The position numbers and the translations under genes are program-made. The notes under the pieces are model-generated. The model was given only the letters and a program-made list of their open reading frames with translations. It had not been told where the DNA came from and did not search any database. This document shows, piece by piece, positions 20,593 to 29,890 of a stretch of DNA of 64,000 nt. Source of the DNA: Candidatus Krumholzibacteriia bacterium. Lineage in GTDB: Bacteria; Krumholzibacteriota; Krumholzibacteriia; Krumholzibacteriales; Krumholzibacteriaceae. The stretch spans positions 1,920,001 to 1,984,000 of the forward strand of contig CAWIIQ010000001.1 in NCBI GenBank assembly GCA_963836185.1, given 5' to 3'. Positions within the stretch are counted from its first letter, which is position 1; the number at the start of each line of letters is the position of its first letter.

Positions 20593-21465
20593 CTAGAAGC
20601 CAACGGGCAGCTGATACTGGATATTCACCCTGAACGCGTGCCCCGGTACCGGCCCCGGCCAGTCGTCGTAATAGACGGCCGTCGAGTACTCGACGTAGGC
20701 GTTCCAGGTATCTGATTCCCCGACAAACGCCTTGCCGAGACGTACCCCGAACGGTATGAACCATGCATTCTGGTCCCAGCTGTAGTTGACCACATAGTCG
20801 CCGTTACCGATGTACCATCCGTTTCCGAGCTGATAGACGAGGATCAGGTTGATCCCTATCGGCGCGGCCGTCGTCGCCTCACTGTCCCCCTTCTTGCTCC
20901 AGACCTGCTGGAGAAGGACGGCGAGGTAAAGCTTGTCACTGAGTTCGCGTTGGGTGACCGCTCCAGCGAGACCCATCCCCCAGTTCGTGTTCCCGAATCC
21001 GTCCTGGGCCGGGAAATTTATCTGCGGGCCTATACCCCAGCGTCCCTGGGCCCATTCCTGCGCGATGCCGAGGACGAAGATATCGGAGTTCCCCCAGCCC
21101 CATTCCTCCTGGGCGTTCTGCTGATACCTGACGGTAAGGCGCGGAAGCATCGTGAACGGTATGCTCTCCGACTTGGAGATCGGGGCGACGAGGCGGAACT
21201 GCAGGAATCCCTTTCTTCCCTCGGGATGGTTCTCCTTGTAGTCCCAGAATCCCTCTCCGGCGAGCTGGAACGACCACTGTGACGCCGTCGCGTCGACAGC
21301 CATCGACTCGCGGCTCTGCTCCTGGGCCGAAGCAGCGCTCGCTGAGATGAGTATGAACATGACAACTGCCGCCATCCTCAGCCTCAAGGCTCCTCCTGCC
21401 ACTCCGGATCTACGTCCAAATACGGCCATTACGGCCTCCTTCCTGTTCACAAGTAACGATTTCAC
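20593..21465 (-). CDS. Exported putative outer-membrane beta-barrel protein
   Basis: Signal peptide (ASA-QEQ), aromatic/Gly beta-strands WGIGPQ, WFIPFGVRLGK, C-terminal Phe. True start probably 21429 or later. Confidence 0.65.
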   Translation of the reverse strand: MKSLLVNRKEAVMAVFGRRSGVAGGALRLRMAAVVMFILISASAASAQEQSRESMAVDATASQWSFQLAGEGFWDYKENHPEGRKGFLQFRLVAPISKSESIPFTMLPRLTVRYQQNAQEEWGWGNSDIFVLGIAQEWAQGRWGIGPQINFPAQDGFGNTNWGMGLAGAVTQRELSDKLYLAVLLQQVWSKKGDSEATTAAPIGINLILVYQLGNGWYIGNGDYVVNYSWDQNAWFIPFGVRLGKAFVGESDTWNAYVEYSTAVYYDDWPGPVPGHAFRVNIQYQLPVGF

Positions 21466-21716
21466 TTCTGATTCTTCATGTCATTGTTCCCGAGAACCTG
21501 GATTATCTCCTTGTAAAGACCTTCGACCAGGCGTATGTACTCTTCGACTCTTGCCTCTGATTCCGGCTCATCCGAATCGGCCCAGTGATGCAGGGCATCG
21601 ATGCAGGCATCAAAATCATCGCTGAGAGCACGGAATTCTTCGTCTTCCATCGCAAGTTTATCTATGTTATCTTTCTTCCCGGGAAGCAGATCCCGGATAT
21701 GTTGTGTGATGTCCAT
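21462..21716 (-). CDS. Small helical hypothetical protein
   Basis: 84-aa ORF with natural composition (DEEFRALSDDFDACIDALHHW), first gene of the reverse operon divergent from the TPR regulator. Confidence 0.7.
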   Translation of the reverse strand: MDITQHIRDLLPGKKDNIDKLAMEDEEFRALSDDFDACIDALHHWADSDEPESEARVEEYIRLVEGLYKEIIQVLGNNDMKNQK

Positions 21717-21804
21717 TATGACAGCCCGGTATTGTTAAAGTTATGGTCGAACCGCTGACAGACCACATCGTACGTCAAAAAGGACATTTGTAAAAGTACC
21801 AAAG

Positions 21805-21826
21805 TGTTACGTACGTGTACGTAACA
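21805..21826. promoter_or_regulatory. Perfect inverted repeat, putative operator
   Basis: TGTTACGTAC-GT-GTACGTAACA in the AT-rich divergent intergenic region. Confidence 0.6.
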
Positions 21827-21842
21827 TTCAAGGAAATTCAAG

Positions 21843-23400
21843 ATGAAGATATCTGGTGAAAAAGAGCAGAAATATATCAGGGCCCAGCTCGACAGGCTTT
21901 TTCGAAGCGAGGATTTCAAGGCATCAGAGAAGCAGAAGAGCTTCCTCCGCTTTATCGCCGAGGAAGCGCTCGAGGGGAGAGGTTCTCAGCTCAAGGGATT
22001 CACCATCGCGGTCGAGGTCTACGGCAGGAATGAGAGATTTGATCCCAGGACTGATCCGATCGTGCGCGTGGAGGCGGGAAGGCTTCGACGCGCCCTGGAG
22101 CTTTACTATCTGAAAGAAGGCAGAAATGATCCCCTGCGGATCAGGATTCCCAAGGGAGGATACGCGCCTGTTTTCGAGCCGATCGAAGTGAAGACGGCCA
22201 CCGGAGCATCGATCGCAGTTCTGCCATTCGTCGACCTGACAGGAGAAAAGGGACAGGAATACTTTACTAACGGCCTTACAGAAGAGCTGACAACTGAACT
22301 GGCTCGATACCAGAACCTCAAGGTCATCGCATCTCAGTCGACGATGCGCTTCAAGGACCGGGAAATGAATCCCGGTGAATTAGGCGTTGAACTCAACGTC
22401 AGATTCCTCCTTACGGGGAACGTCCGAAGAGACTCAAAAACGGTCAAGGTGTCAGTGCAGCTCCTCGATGCATCGGCAGGCGAACAGATCTGGGCGGAAA
22501 GCTACAGATGCGAATATACGGCCGCCGAACTGATAGGGATCCAGGAGGAGATCGCCCAGCAGGCCATCGGGGCAATCGCTGATCAGTGGGGATTGATCGA
22601 ACGCAGGCTGTCCAGGGAGGCCGCCAGGAAAGCTCCCTCAGAGCTCAATGCATATGAAGCCGTTCTACGATTCTACCACTACGAGACGGAATTGACCGTC
22701 GAGGCATTCGAGCAGGCCCTCGAAGCACTGACTTATGCAACGGAGATAGAGCCCGGCTACGGGCTTGCCTGGTCGATGCTCGGCCATCTGCATGCGGACA
22801 ACTACGCACTTGGATTCCGGGATATAGAAGACACCCTGGATAAGGCACTCAGTTACGCGAAGAAAGGTGTGGCGATTGCACCGGAAAATCAATTCGCGTG
22901 GGACGCGCTCTCCGTGGTCTATTTTCAACTCGGAGAAAAAAGGCGTTTTCTGGAAACGATTGAAAAATCCCTGAGCCTTAATCCCAACTCACCATATATA
23001 GTGGGTGTAACAGGCTGGCATTTGATGCTCTTTGGCGAGTGGGACCGCGGGCTTGAACTGCTGAGAAAAGGCATGAGGCTTAATCCCCTCTACCCCACCT
23101 GGTTTCACCTGGCTACCTCAATGGAATGCTATCGCCGAGGGGGATTTCGAGGGCGCTCTCGAAGAGGCTATGAGTTTTAATTTCCCGACCCTGTTCTGGG
23201 ATCCACTGCTGAGGGCAGCCGCCCTCGGGAAACTGGGAAAATACCATGAAGCCGGAACAGCAGCCGGGGAGCTGCTGCAGCTGGTTCCAGATTTGCGTGA
23301 AGCGCGCAGGGCGATGATAAATATCTACGTGAAGGCTGACGGGCTTGCCGATGAGGTATTGGCCGGCCTGCGGAAAGCCGGCCTGAAAGAACTTGCATAG
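21843..23400 (+). CDS. Putative regulator: N-terminal HTH-like domain, TolB-N-like domain and TPRs (frameshift near 23140)
   Basis: FDPRTDPIVRVEAGRLRRALELYY, RIPKGGYAP, SIAVLPFVDL...YFTNGLTEEL, TPR-like repeats; continues in the 23170..23400 frame. Confidence 0.85.
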
Positions 23401-23420
23401 TCCTCCCTCCTCTTCCGGGC

Positions 23421-24656
23421 CTACCCCCTCATCTCGGCGATCTTCCTTACGGCCTGCTCCTGCATATCCCTGGCCGCCTCGGCCGGGTCGAGCTTCCCTC
23501 CCATCACGGACTGGTAGTAGGGGCGCATCGCGTCCCAGATAGCCCGCATCTCTGGCACCACCGGCATCGGCTGCCCGTGCAGCGCCTGATCCATCGAACC
23601 CTTCAGGACAGGATCAGCGAGAAGGACCTCATCAACGGCGAGGCTGGAGAGCGCCGGAAGGATCTTCAGTTCGGAGGTGATCTCCCTCTGGACCGCTTCT
23701 CCTGTGAGATAGACGAGCAGTTCCTTTACAGCGGGGAGTTTCTCGTCCTTGACGTTGACGCTAATAGAGTAGCCCTTGCTCGATACCATAGGCGCGGGGT
23801 ACTTTCCCGTCTCCGAAATAATCGGTATCGCCATGACGCCTATGTCCATCCCCGCCTCGATGTATGCCTTGAGCGACCAGGGGCCGTTGATGATGAATGC
23901 CGCCTGGCCCTTCTTGAACATCGTGTCGCTGAGCTCATAGTTGCATTCCTTCGGGAGTATCTTGTGCCTGTTGCGAAGGTCGGCCATAAAGGCGAGCGCC
24001 CTCGCCATCGCCGGCGTGTCGAGCGTCGGAGCGTAATTCTTGTCCATCACCTTTCCATTGAATCCGCCCAGGAAAGGAACGAGCCAGAAGGGCTCGACCG
24101 AGTTGAAAACAACGCCGTATATCTCCGGCATCCCGTCTCCGTTCTCGTCTACAGTGAGGCCCTTACACATCTTTATCCACTCATCGCTGTCTCTCGGCTC
24201 CGACTTGACCATCGCTTTGTTGTATATCAGCATGAGGTGGTTGCCGATCTGGTCGGGCACCGCGTAGTTGTGTCCCTCCAGGACACCGAGCGATGACTTC
24301 TCATACGCGCCAAAGAAAGCCGAGTCGAATATCTTTTCGAGTGGCATGATGAGCTGCATCACCGAGTACGGCCCGATCTTGTCGCTCGGCCCGTACACGA
24401 GGTCGGGGCCGCCGCCCGCGAGGGTGGCCGTCTGGAACTGGCTGTGAAGAAGGTCGGTCTCGAAATGTACCGTCGAGACTGTAACACCGGGATGGCTCGC
24501 CATGTAGGCATCGAGCTGCCTGTTGAGGACGACCTGCTCGACAGGGTCCTTCTGTTCCCATATGACGATCTCGTTGGTTCCGTCTCCCCCTCCCCCACAT
24601 CCGGAGAGGACGAGAAACAGGGATGCAAGCGCGAGCGCTGAGATTTTCCTGAACAT
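23421..24656 (-). CDS. malE: Maltose/maltodextrin-binding lipoprotein, MalE-like
   Basis: Lipobox LSGC, GGGPDL, LIYNK, INGPW, PMPVVPEMRAIW; GGAGG RBS. Confidence 0.85.
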   Translation of the reverse strand: MFRKISALALASLFLVLSGCGGGGDGTNEIVIWEQKDPVEQVVLNRQLDAYMASHPGVTVSTVHFETDLLHSQFQTATLAGGGPDLVYGPSDKIGPYSVMQLIMPLEKIFDSAFFGAYEKSSLGVLEGHNYAVPDQIGNHLMLIYNKAMVKSEPRDSDEWIKMCKGLTVDENGDGMPEIYGVVFNSVEPFWLVPFLGGFNGKVMDKNYAPTLDTPAMARALAFMADLRNRHKILPKECNYELSDTMFKKGQAAFIINGPWSLKAYIEAGMDIGVMAIPIISETGKYPAPMVSSKGYSISVNVKDEKLPAVKELLVYLTGEAVQREITSELKILPALSSLAVDEVLLADPVLKGSMDQALHGQPMPVVPEMRAIWDAMRPYYQSVMGGKLDPAEAARDMQEQAVRKIAEMRG

Positions 24657-24667
24657 GAACGACCTCC

Positions 24668-25841
24668 TCAGTCCTTGAGTACTACATATTGCGAGAGATC
24701 GAGCTGCAGGTTCCTCTCGATCTCGCCAGCGGTTTCAGGTCCGGTCTCCGTGAAAGACAAAGGAGAAGACGCGGTAAGTTGCGCCAGTCAGTTTTGCGGA
24801 GCTCGATCACCTTATCGAAGTTGGCCGCGAAGCCTTCGTAATCTATTTCCTCTACATCTTCGACGGGAACATCCTCGGGGATGAAGGCAACATACATCGA
24901 GTAGACCCTGTCTTCCTTCCCGGCGAATATCGTATTCCAGTCAGGTATCTTTCTCTCGAGAAAATACTCATGAGTGTTGATGCCCCATGCGTACCAGCCG
25001 AAATCGGTCCCGCCGAATCCGGCGAACCTCATCGGGTTGGCCTCTATCGGAACGATATCGCAGCCGTCCACCCTCAACTCGATATGAAGGGGAAAATTCT
25101 TCAGGTCGGCCTGCTTCCCGATTCGGGCAAGCGGGCCGGTGAACATCCGTATCCCGTACTCGACGATAGCTTTCGAGGTGACATATGTCGTATCGCTCAC
25201 ATCTGTCCCCGATGAGAAGAGATGGTGAAGGACATTGAGTATAACCGGGCGGCCTGTCTCATCGTAATATACGTCTACCGCGAACTCCTCGCCCTTTATC
25301 CCTTCCTCGATGATGAAGGTGCCCGGATCGAATACCTGTCCGGGATACATCCCCCCGAAACTCTCGAGATCCTCCTCGATCGACTTGCAGGGCGGCGGGC
25401 CAGTCTTCGTCAGATTCTATCTTTCGGACGGCCATGCTGAAGAATCCAACCGCCGGCTTTACGACAAACGGCTTGGGGAGCTCTGACGGGTCGAGATGCC
25501 TGAGCGCCTCGACGTCGATACCGGCGTAGAAGAACTCCGGATGGTCCTCCTCGATCATAGCGCGGAAATCGATCTTGTTCTTCAGCCGGTCGATCCTGTA
25601 GGGAAGTCCGGAAGGCCCGAGGTTTTCGGCGATCCATCCGATCGCGTCCTCCGAGCTGGTATAGATCAGAGGATACTTCTCGCGCGTTCGCCCTGGCGGC
25701 GAACTCCTCCCCGTCGAGGAGTGCGAGGTCGTATTCCTCGGCGACCTTTTCGGAGACGGCGTTTCGCAGCACCGGCGTCCTGAGGCGCTGGAGTGTTTCG
25801 GCGAGAAGATCGGATACGTACGGCCTGTCGAGTATTATCAT
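24668..25841 (-). CDS. ATP-grasp domain protein (at least three frameshifts)
   Basis: KPFVVKPAVGFFS, FIIEEGIKGEEFAVD, HIELRVD...PIEANPMRFAG; reconstructed C-terminus ...LDLSQYVVLKD* ends just before the malE RBS. Confidence 0.8.
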
Positions 25842-26575
25842 TACTTCTTATGCTCCCTGGGGAGCCTTCCGACAGGCATCACGTAGAGAGGCACTTCCTC
25901 TTCGGTCATCCCGATCAGTTTCTTGAGGGCATCGTCGGAGAAGGCGCCGATCGCGCAGGTGCCGAGCCCGAGGGAGCCGCACTGCAGATAGACGTTCTGC
26001 GCCGAGTGGCCGAGGTCCATACAGACATATCTGTCATGCCCGCGCTCCCCGTACTTCTCCGTGCATCTCTCGTAGACGGCGGACCAGACGATCGATACTG
26101 GAGCTTCGCCGGCGAACGGCTGGCTAAGGCAGGCCGCCATCAGGTCGCTTCGGATATCGCCATCGGCGAGCCTGTGGATCAGATGACCCTCAGGTACGTA
26201 CCAGTATATCCCCGGCAGGAGCCCTTTTACGTTTCCCGCTACCAGATATATCTCGAGCGGGTAACGCGCGCCGGCTGAGGGTGCGGTCTTGAACCCGCCG
26301 CGTATGAAATCGGGAAGCCCTTCCTTCGTGTAGGTGATCCCGTAGGCGGACCAGAGAAGTTGTGAGACTTCCTCCAGCGTAACGGGCTCATCGGTATATT
26401 TCCTTACCGACCTGCGCTCATGGAGGACCTTTTCTATCGAGAAATCACTGCTCAAGAGAGGCTTGGGCAGTTCGACTGTCGCAATAGCCTGGTGCTCGAG
26501 AGTGTACTTGCCGCTCCATGCCGTCGTGGGCATCAGGATACAGGCGGCGAGAACGAGGATAGTCAGATATCTCAT
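25841..26575 (-). CDS. SagB/ThcOx-family nitroreductase-fold dehydrogenase with N-terminal signal peptide
   Basis: RRSVRKY, KTAPSAGARYPLEIY, KYGERG, DLGHSAQNVYLQ, GTCAIGAF. Confidence 0.92.
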   Translation of the reverse strand: MRYLTILVLAACILMPTTAWSGKYTLEHQAIATVELPKPLLSSDFSIEKVLHERRSVRKYTDEPVTLEEVSQLLWSAYGITYTKEGLPDFIRGGFKTAPSAGARYPLEIYLVAGNVKGLLPGIYWYVPEGHLIHRLADGDIRSDLMAACLSQPFAGEAPVSIVWSAVYERCTEKYGERGHDRYVCMDLGHSAQNVYLQCGSLGLGTCAIGAFSDDALKKLIGMTEEEVPLYVMPVGRLPREHKK

Positions 26576-26615
26576 CGGGGTCTCCTTTCACATGCAGAAA
26601 AACATGGAAAGGAGA

Positions 26616-26828
26616 CTAACCGTTATCGGGGATATATTCAAGTATATCCCCCGGCTGACAGTCCAGGGCCCTGCAGACAGCTTCGAGTGTCGAGAACCGG
26701 ACGGCCCTGGCCCGTCCTGTCTTGAGGACGGAGAGATTCGCGATCGTCACTCCCACCTCGGATGACAGTTCCGTAAGGGACATCTTCCGTCTGACGAGCA
26801 TCATGTCGAGATTAACGTTGATTGCCAT
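26616..26828 (-). CDS. Cro/C1-type HTH regulator (YozG-like)
   Basis: NLSVLKTGRARAVRFSTLEAVCRALDCQPGDILEY. Confidence 0.95.
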   Translation of the reverse strand: MAINVNLDMMLVRRKMSLTELSSEVGVTIANLSVLKTGRARAVRFSTLEAVCRALDCQPGDILEYIPDNG

Positions 26829-26839
26829 GACACCCTCCC

Positions 26840-27487
26840 TCAGACGGTAAGTTCGCTGTCTTCACACAGGCTCACGCCGTACTGGAATACGTGCCCGATT
26901 ACTACGATAACAAGACCGGCGAATATATAGAATACCCGGAAGTCGGGCTCGATATAGATCTTCGCCCCTTCGATCCCTATCTTCGGCAGCCACATCCACG
27001 CGTAGATGTACTCGAGAATGCCCCAGAAAGGACCGGCCGCCATCACGAGCCAGCCCATCGCCCTTATCCTCGCGGCGTTCACCCGTGTAAAGGGTGTACC
27101 GCTCTTTATAGACTTGATGATCTTCCTGAGGATCATCACTATCCCGAGAAAAAGCATCGAGAGGAGCAGCGGCATTATGACGAAGATCCTCTGCAACCCC
27201 TTCTCGCCGTTCTCCATGACGAGCCGGCTGTACCCGGTGATCTTCGAGCTGGTGATCGAAAGGTCCTGTCCCTGCAGCCAGCCTCCTCCACCGGCGATGT
27301 AGCATACTTCAACCGGGGCACGCGTATACTTCACATGGAATGGAGTGAAGTTCACAGCGATCACGAGAACGACCGAGAGAAGCATCGCGAGAACGGCGAG
27401 CCAGAAGAGGATCTCGACTACTACCACCGATACCTTCGTCGCCGCGGAGGGCTTGAATCCCTGTACCGTCATGACGGCTCCTTTCAT
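26840..27487 (-). CDS. DUF2975 membrane protein
   Basis: 4 TM, PFTRVNAARIR, C-terminal FQYGVSLCEDSELTV; canonical partner of YozG-type HTH genes. Confidence 0.9.
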   Translation of the reverse strand: MKGAVMTVQGFKPSAATKVSVVVVEILFWLAVLAMLLSVVLVIAVNFTPFHVKYTRAPVEVCYIAGGGGWLQGQDLSITSSKITGYSRLVMENGEKGLQRIFVIMPLLLSMLFLGIVMILRKIIKSIKSGTPFTRVNAARIRAMGWLVMAAGPFWGILEYIYAWMWLPKIGIEGAKIYIEPDFRVFYIFAGLVIVVIGHVFQYGVSLCEDSELTV

Positions 27488-27527
27488 TTAGAATCCTGTT
27501 CCGTATACGGGTAGAATGAACATAATG

Positions 27528-27588
27528 TTGCCGTTTTTCAAGCAATTTTTATTGTTTTACGATAATTTATTACCGTATTACGAGGTAA
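27528..27588. promoter_or_regulatory. Three imperfect palindromes at 21-bp spacing, putative operator array
   Basis: TTGCCGTTTTTCAAGCAA (27528), TTATTGTTTTACGATAA (27549), TTACCGTATTACGAGGTAA (27570), upstream of the DUF2975-HTH pair. Confidence 0.55.
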
Positions 27589-27638
27589 GAGCGAAGTCCG
27601 CTTGCATCAGATCACGAATGCAGTTAACATCTTCAGCC

Positions 27639-28043
27639 ATGCGGAGAACGTTCAGAAGAGATATAGGATCGCTCGATGCGCTATTCGCGTTCGCGGAAGA
27701 GTTCGAGACCTGCAACGGCCTCGAGGATCCCGAATCTTACTTCCTCGACCTGACGCTCGAAGAGCTCTTCACAAACCTCGTGCGTCACGCCAACGGAAGC
27801 GAGAATATCGATGTCGAGATAGAACTCGATGACGGCCTTATAACGATCCGCCTTACCGACCGCGAGACCGGACCGTTCGATGGAAACTCGCTCGGCGAAG
27901 TCGACACTGAAGCTCCGCTGATGGAACGCGAGCCGGGCGGGCTCGGCATCCATCTCGTAAAAAAGATGGCGGACAGCCTGGAATACGACTACGATGACGG
28001 CACCCTGGTCATCACGGTAAAGAAGCGCCTGGAGGAAAGATGA
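27639..28043 (+). CDS. Anti-sigma/Ser kinase, RsbW-like (HATPase_c_2)
   Basis: LTLEELFTNLVRHA, LTDRETGPFD, REPGGLGIHLVKKMAD. Confidence 0.92.
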   Translation: MRRTFRRDIGSLDALFAFAEEFETCNGLEDPESYFLDLTLEELFTNLVRHANGSENIDVEIELDDGLITIRLTDRETGPFDGNSLGEVDTEAPLMEREPGGLGIHLVKKMADSLEYDYDDGTLVITVKKRLEER

Positions 28044-28327
28044 CGTTCGACATATCGGTAGCGGGAGATGGAACGATAAGACTCGCCGGAAGGCTCGACT
28101 CGAACCAGGTCGATACGACCAGGACCGTCCTCGAAAAGGTCGAAACGACGGTAAAGGTAGATTTCGCGGAGCTGCGATATATCTCCAGCGCCGGCCTCGG
28201 CCTCCTTCTCGGCACCCAGAAACGCCTCATCGACAAAGGTCACAAGCTTGAGATCATCAACATGACTTCTCACATCCGCGATATCTTCACCATCGCCGGA
28301 TTCGACTTTATATTTGACATAAAGTAA
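28040..28327 (+). CDS. STAS anti-anti-sigma factor (RsbV-like)
   Basis: LAGRLDS, DFAELRYISSAGLG with the phosphorylatable Ser, IFTIAGF; ATGA overlap. Confidence 0.95.
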   Translation: MTFDISVAGDGTIRLAGRLDSNQVDTTRTVLEKVETTVKVDFAELRYISSAGLGLLLGTQKRLIDKGHKLEIINMTSHIRDIFTIAGFDFIFDIK

Positions 28328-28422
28328 AAGTTATTTTACTCTGATTCACAAGCTCTCTAACACAAGGGATTTACAACAACACCTGCAGCACGAGCGTGAC
28401 GGCTGTGGCACGGTCCGGTATT

Positions 28423-28485
28423 CCGGTATCGTCCTCCGTCACCGGCCATCGAAGTGCGCCGGACGGAGGACGTTTTCCATACCGG
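28423..28485 (+). terminator. Long stem-loop between the STAS and ECF genes, possible terminator
   Basis: CGTCCTCCGTC (28430-28440) pairs with GACGGAGGACG (28462-28472), followed by TTTT; CCGGTAT/ATACCGG can extend the stem. Confidence 0.5.
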
Positions 28486-28488
28486 CCG

Positions 28489-28517
28489 CCAACTTTTTCA
28501 TGGTTGGTCTGTATTTA
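28489..28517 (+). promoter_or_regulatory. Putative autoregulatory ECF promoter, copy 1
   Basis: CCAACTTT-N12-CTGTATTTA; the last A is the first base of the ECF start codon. Identical arms and spacing at 29805. Confidence 0.75.
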
Positions 28518-29047
28518 TGTCGACAACGGATTCATCGCTGGTCAACGAGACGCTGAATGGAGACAGGGAAGCGTTCGGAAGGCTGGTGGAGAAGTACGAG
28601 CGGCGGATCTTCAACCTCGCGTTAAGGATCTGCGGCGACTACGAGGAAGCCATGGACGTAACACAGACAGTATTTGTAAAGGCCTTCGACAGGCTGGAGA
28701 CCTTCGATCCTTCGAGGAAGTTCTTCAGCTGGCTCTACAGGATGGGCGTCAACGAATCCCTCAATCAGGTCAAAAGACAGAGCAGGATAGTGCACGTCGA
28801 ATTCGACCCTCCCTCCCGCACTCCGGGACCGGAGCAGCAGCTGATCCGTGAGGAGTCGAACGGGCTCGTGCAGACGGCGCTCAAGAGACTCAGCGAGGAC
28901 CAGAGGGTGGTCATCATCCTCAGGCACTTCGTCGATCTCTCGTACAGCCAGATAGCCGAAGTGCTGGGGATCCATGAGAAGACTGTGAAGTCCAGGCTTT
29001 ACTCAGCCAGGCAGCGGATGAAGGAATTACTTACAGGGGCGGTGTAG
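28517..29047 (+). CDS. ECF RNA polymerase sigma factor (SigW/RpoE-like)
   Basis: DSSLV...GDREAFGRLVEKY, DVTQTVFVKAF, FFSWLYRM, LSYSQIAEVLGIHEKTVKSRLYSAR. Confidence 0.95.
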   Translation: MSTTDSSLVNETLNGDREAFGRLVEKYERRIFNLALRICGDYEEAMDVTQTVFVKAFDRLETFDPSRKFFSWLYRMGVNESLNQVKRQSRIVHVEFDPPSRTPGPEQQLIREESNGLVQTALKRLSEDQRVVIILRHFVDLSYSQIAEVLGIHEKTVKSRLYSARQRMKELLTGAV

Positions 29048-29050
29048 GTC

Positions 29051-29788
29051 ATGACCATAGATGAAAGATACATAAGGATGATGAACGAGGAGATCGACGG
29101 TGTCATCTCCGATGAGGACGCTGAGAGACTCGCTTCATATGTCAGCTCCGATCCGGAGGCCGGGAGATACTACAAGGAGCTTCGGGCGACGGTCGAGGCT
29201 ATCGACGGCACGAGAGATGTCGAGCCACCCTCCGAACTCAGGGAACGGATCTTCAGTTCGGTATACGAACGCTCCCTGGAAGAGGCAGTGGCCCGCCCCC
29301 CCGAAAGAAACGTTTTCTGGCGGTCGTTCGTGCCGGTCTTCGCTGCCGGCGTAGCGGCAGGATTCATACTCTTCGCCGCGATACGGCAGCTGCCGGACCG
29401 GGCACCGGATGAACCTGGATACGGAGCGACTATCGGAGCGGCTTCCGGAGAAGATGAGACCACAGGAAGATTCGACGCTTTCGGGGTGAAGGGCAGCATA
29501 ACCCCCGTATTCGAGAGCGGTTCTGCGACTATCACATTAGACCTGGCTTCAGAGGCGGATGCCAGCATCCTCCTCGAGTTCGAGGATGGAACATCCTTCG
29601 AGTCGATCAGGTCGAGCGAGGGAACTGCCTACCAGATGGAGGTCGATGAAAAGAGCCTCCTGCTCGTACATAACGGCATCGCGGAATATATCGTCAGACT
29701 CAGATCGGCGGGATCCACGTCTTTCGTGCTGCGGATCTTCACCGATGGCAAGACTGTGGCGGCGACGAAATATTCCGCCGGAGAATAA
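29051..29788 (+). CDS. Transmembrane anti-sigma factor
   Basis: Cytoplasmic ASD-like N-terminus (EIDGVISDED...EPPSELRERI), one TM (FVPVFAAGVAAGFILFAAI), periplasmic beta-rich domain. Confidence 0.85.
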   Translation: MTIDERYIRMMNEEIDGVISDEDAERLASYVSSDPEAGRYYKELRATVEAIDGTRDVEPPSELRERIFSSVYERSLEEAVARPPERNVFWRSFVPVFAAGVAAGFILFAAIRQLPDRAPDEPGYGATIGAASGEDETTGRFDAFGVKGSITPVFESGSATITLDLASEADASILLEFEDGTSFESIRSSEGTAYQMEVDEKSLLLVHNGIAEYIVRLRSAGSTSFVLRIFTDGKTVAATKYSAGE

Positions 29789-29804
29789 AAACAGGCTGAT
29801 CTGA

Positions 29805-29833
29805 CCAACTTTCGAAAGACCCGCCTGTATTTA
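29805..29833 (+). promoter_or_regulatory. Putative ECF promoter, copy 2, upstream of the repeat-protein gene
   Basis: CCAACTTT-N12-CTGTATTTA ending 58 nt upstream of ATG 29891, which has an AAGGAGG RBS. Confidence 0.75.
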
Positions 29834-29890
29834 GGGTGAACAGTAAATCAGTCAGCGGCAGAAACCCATTTACCAGAAGGAGGGCACCAG

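Noticed and set aside
24668-26575. RiPP cluster (SagB plus ATP-grasp)
   Set aside because: No YcaO, RRE, precursor peptide or exporter adjacent.
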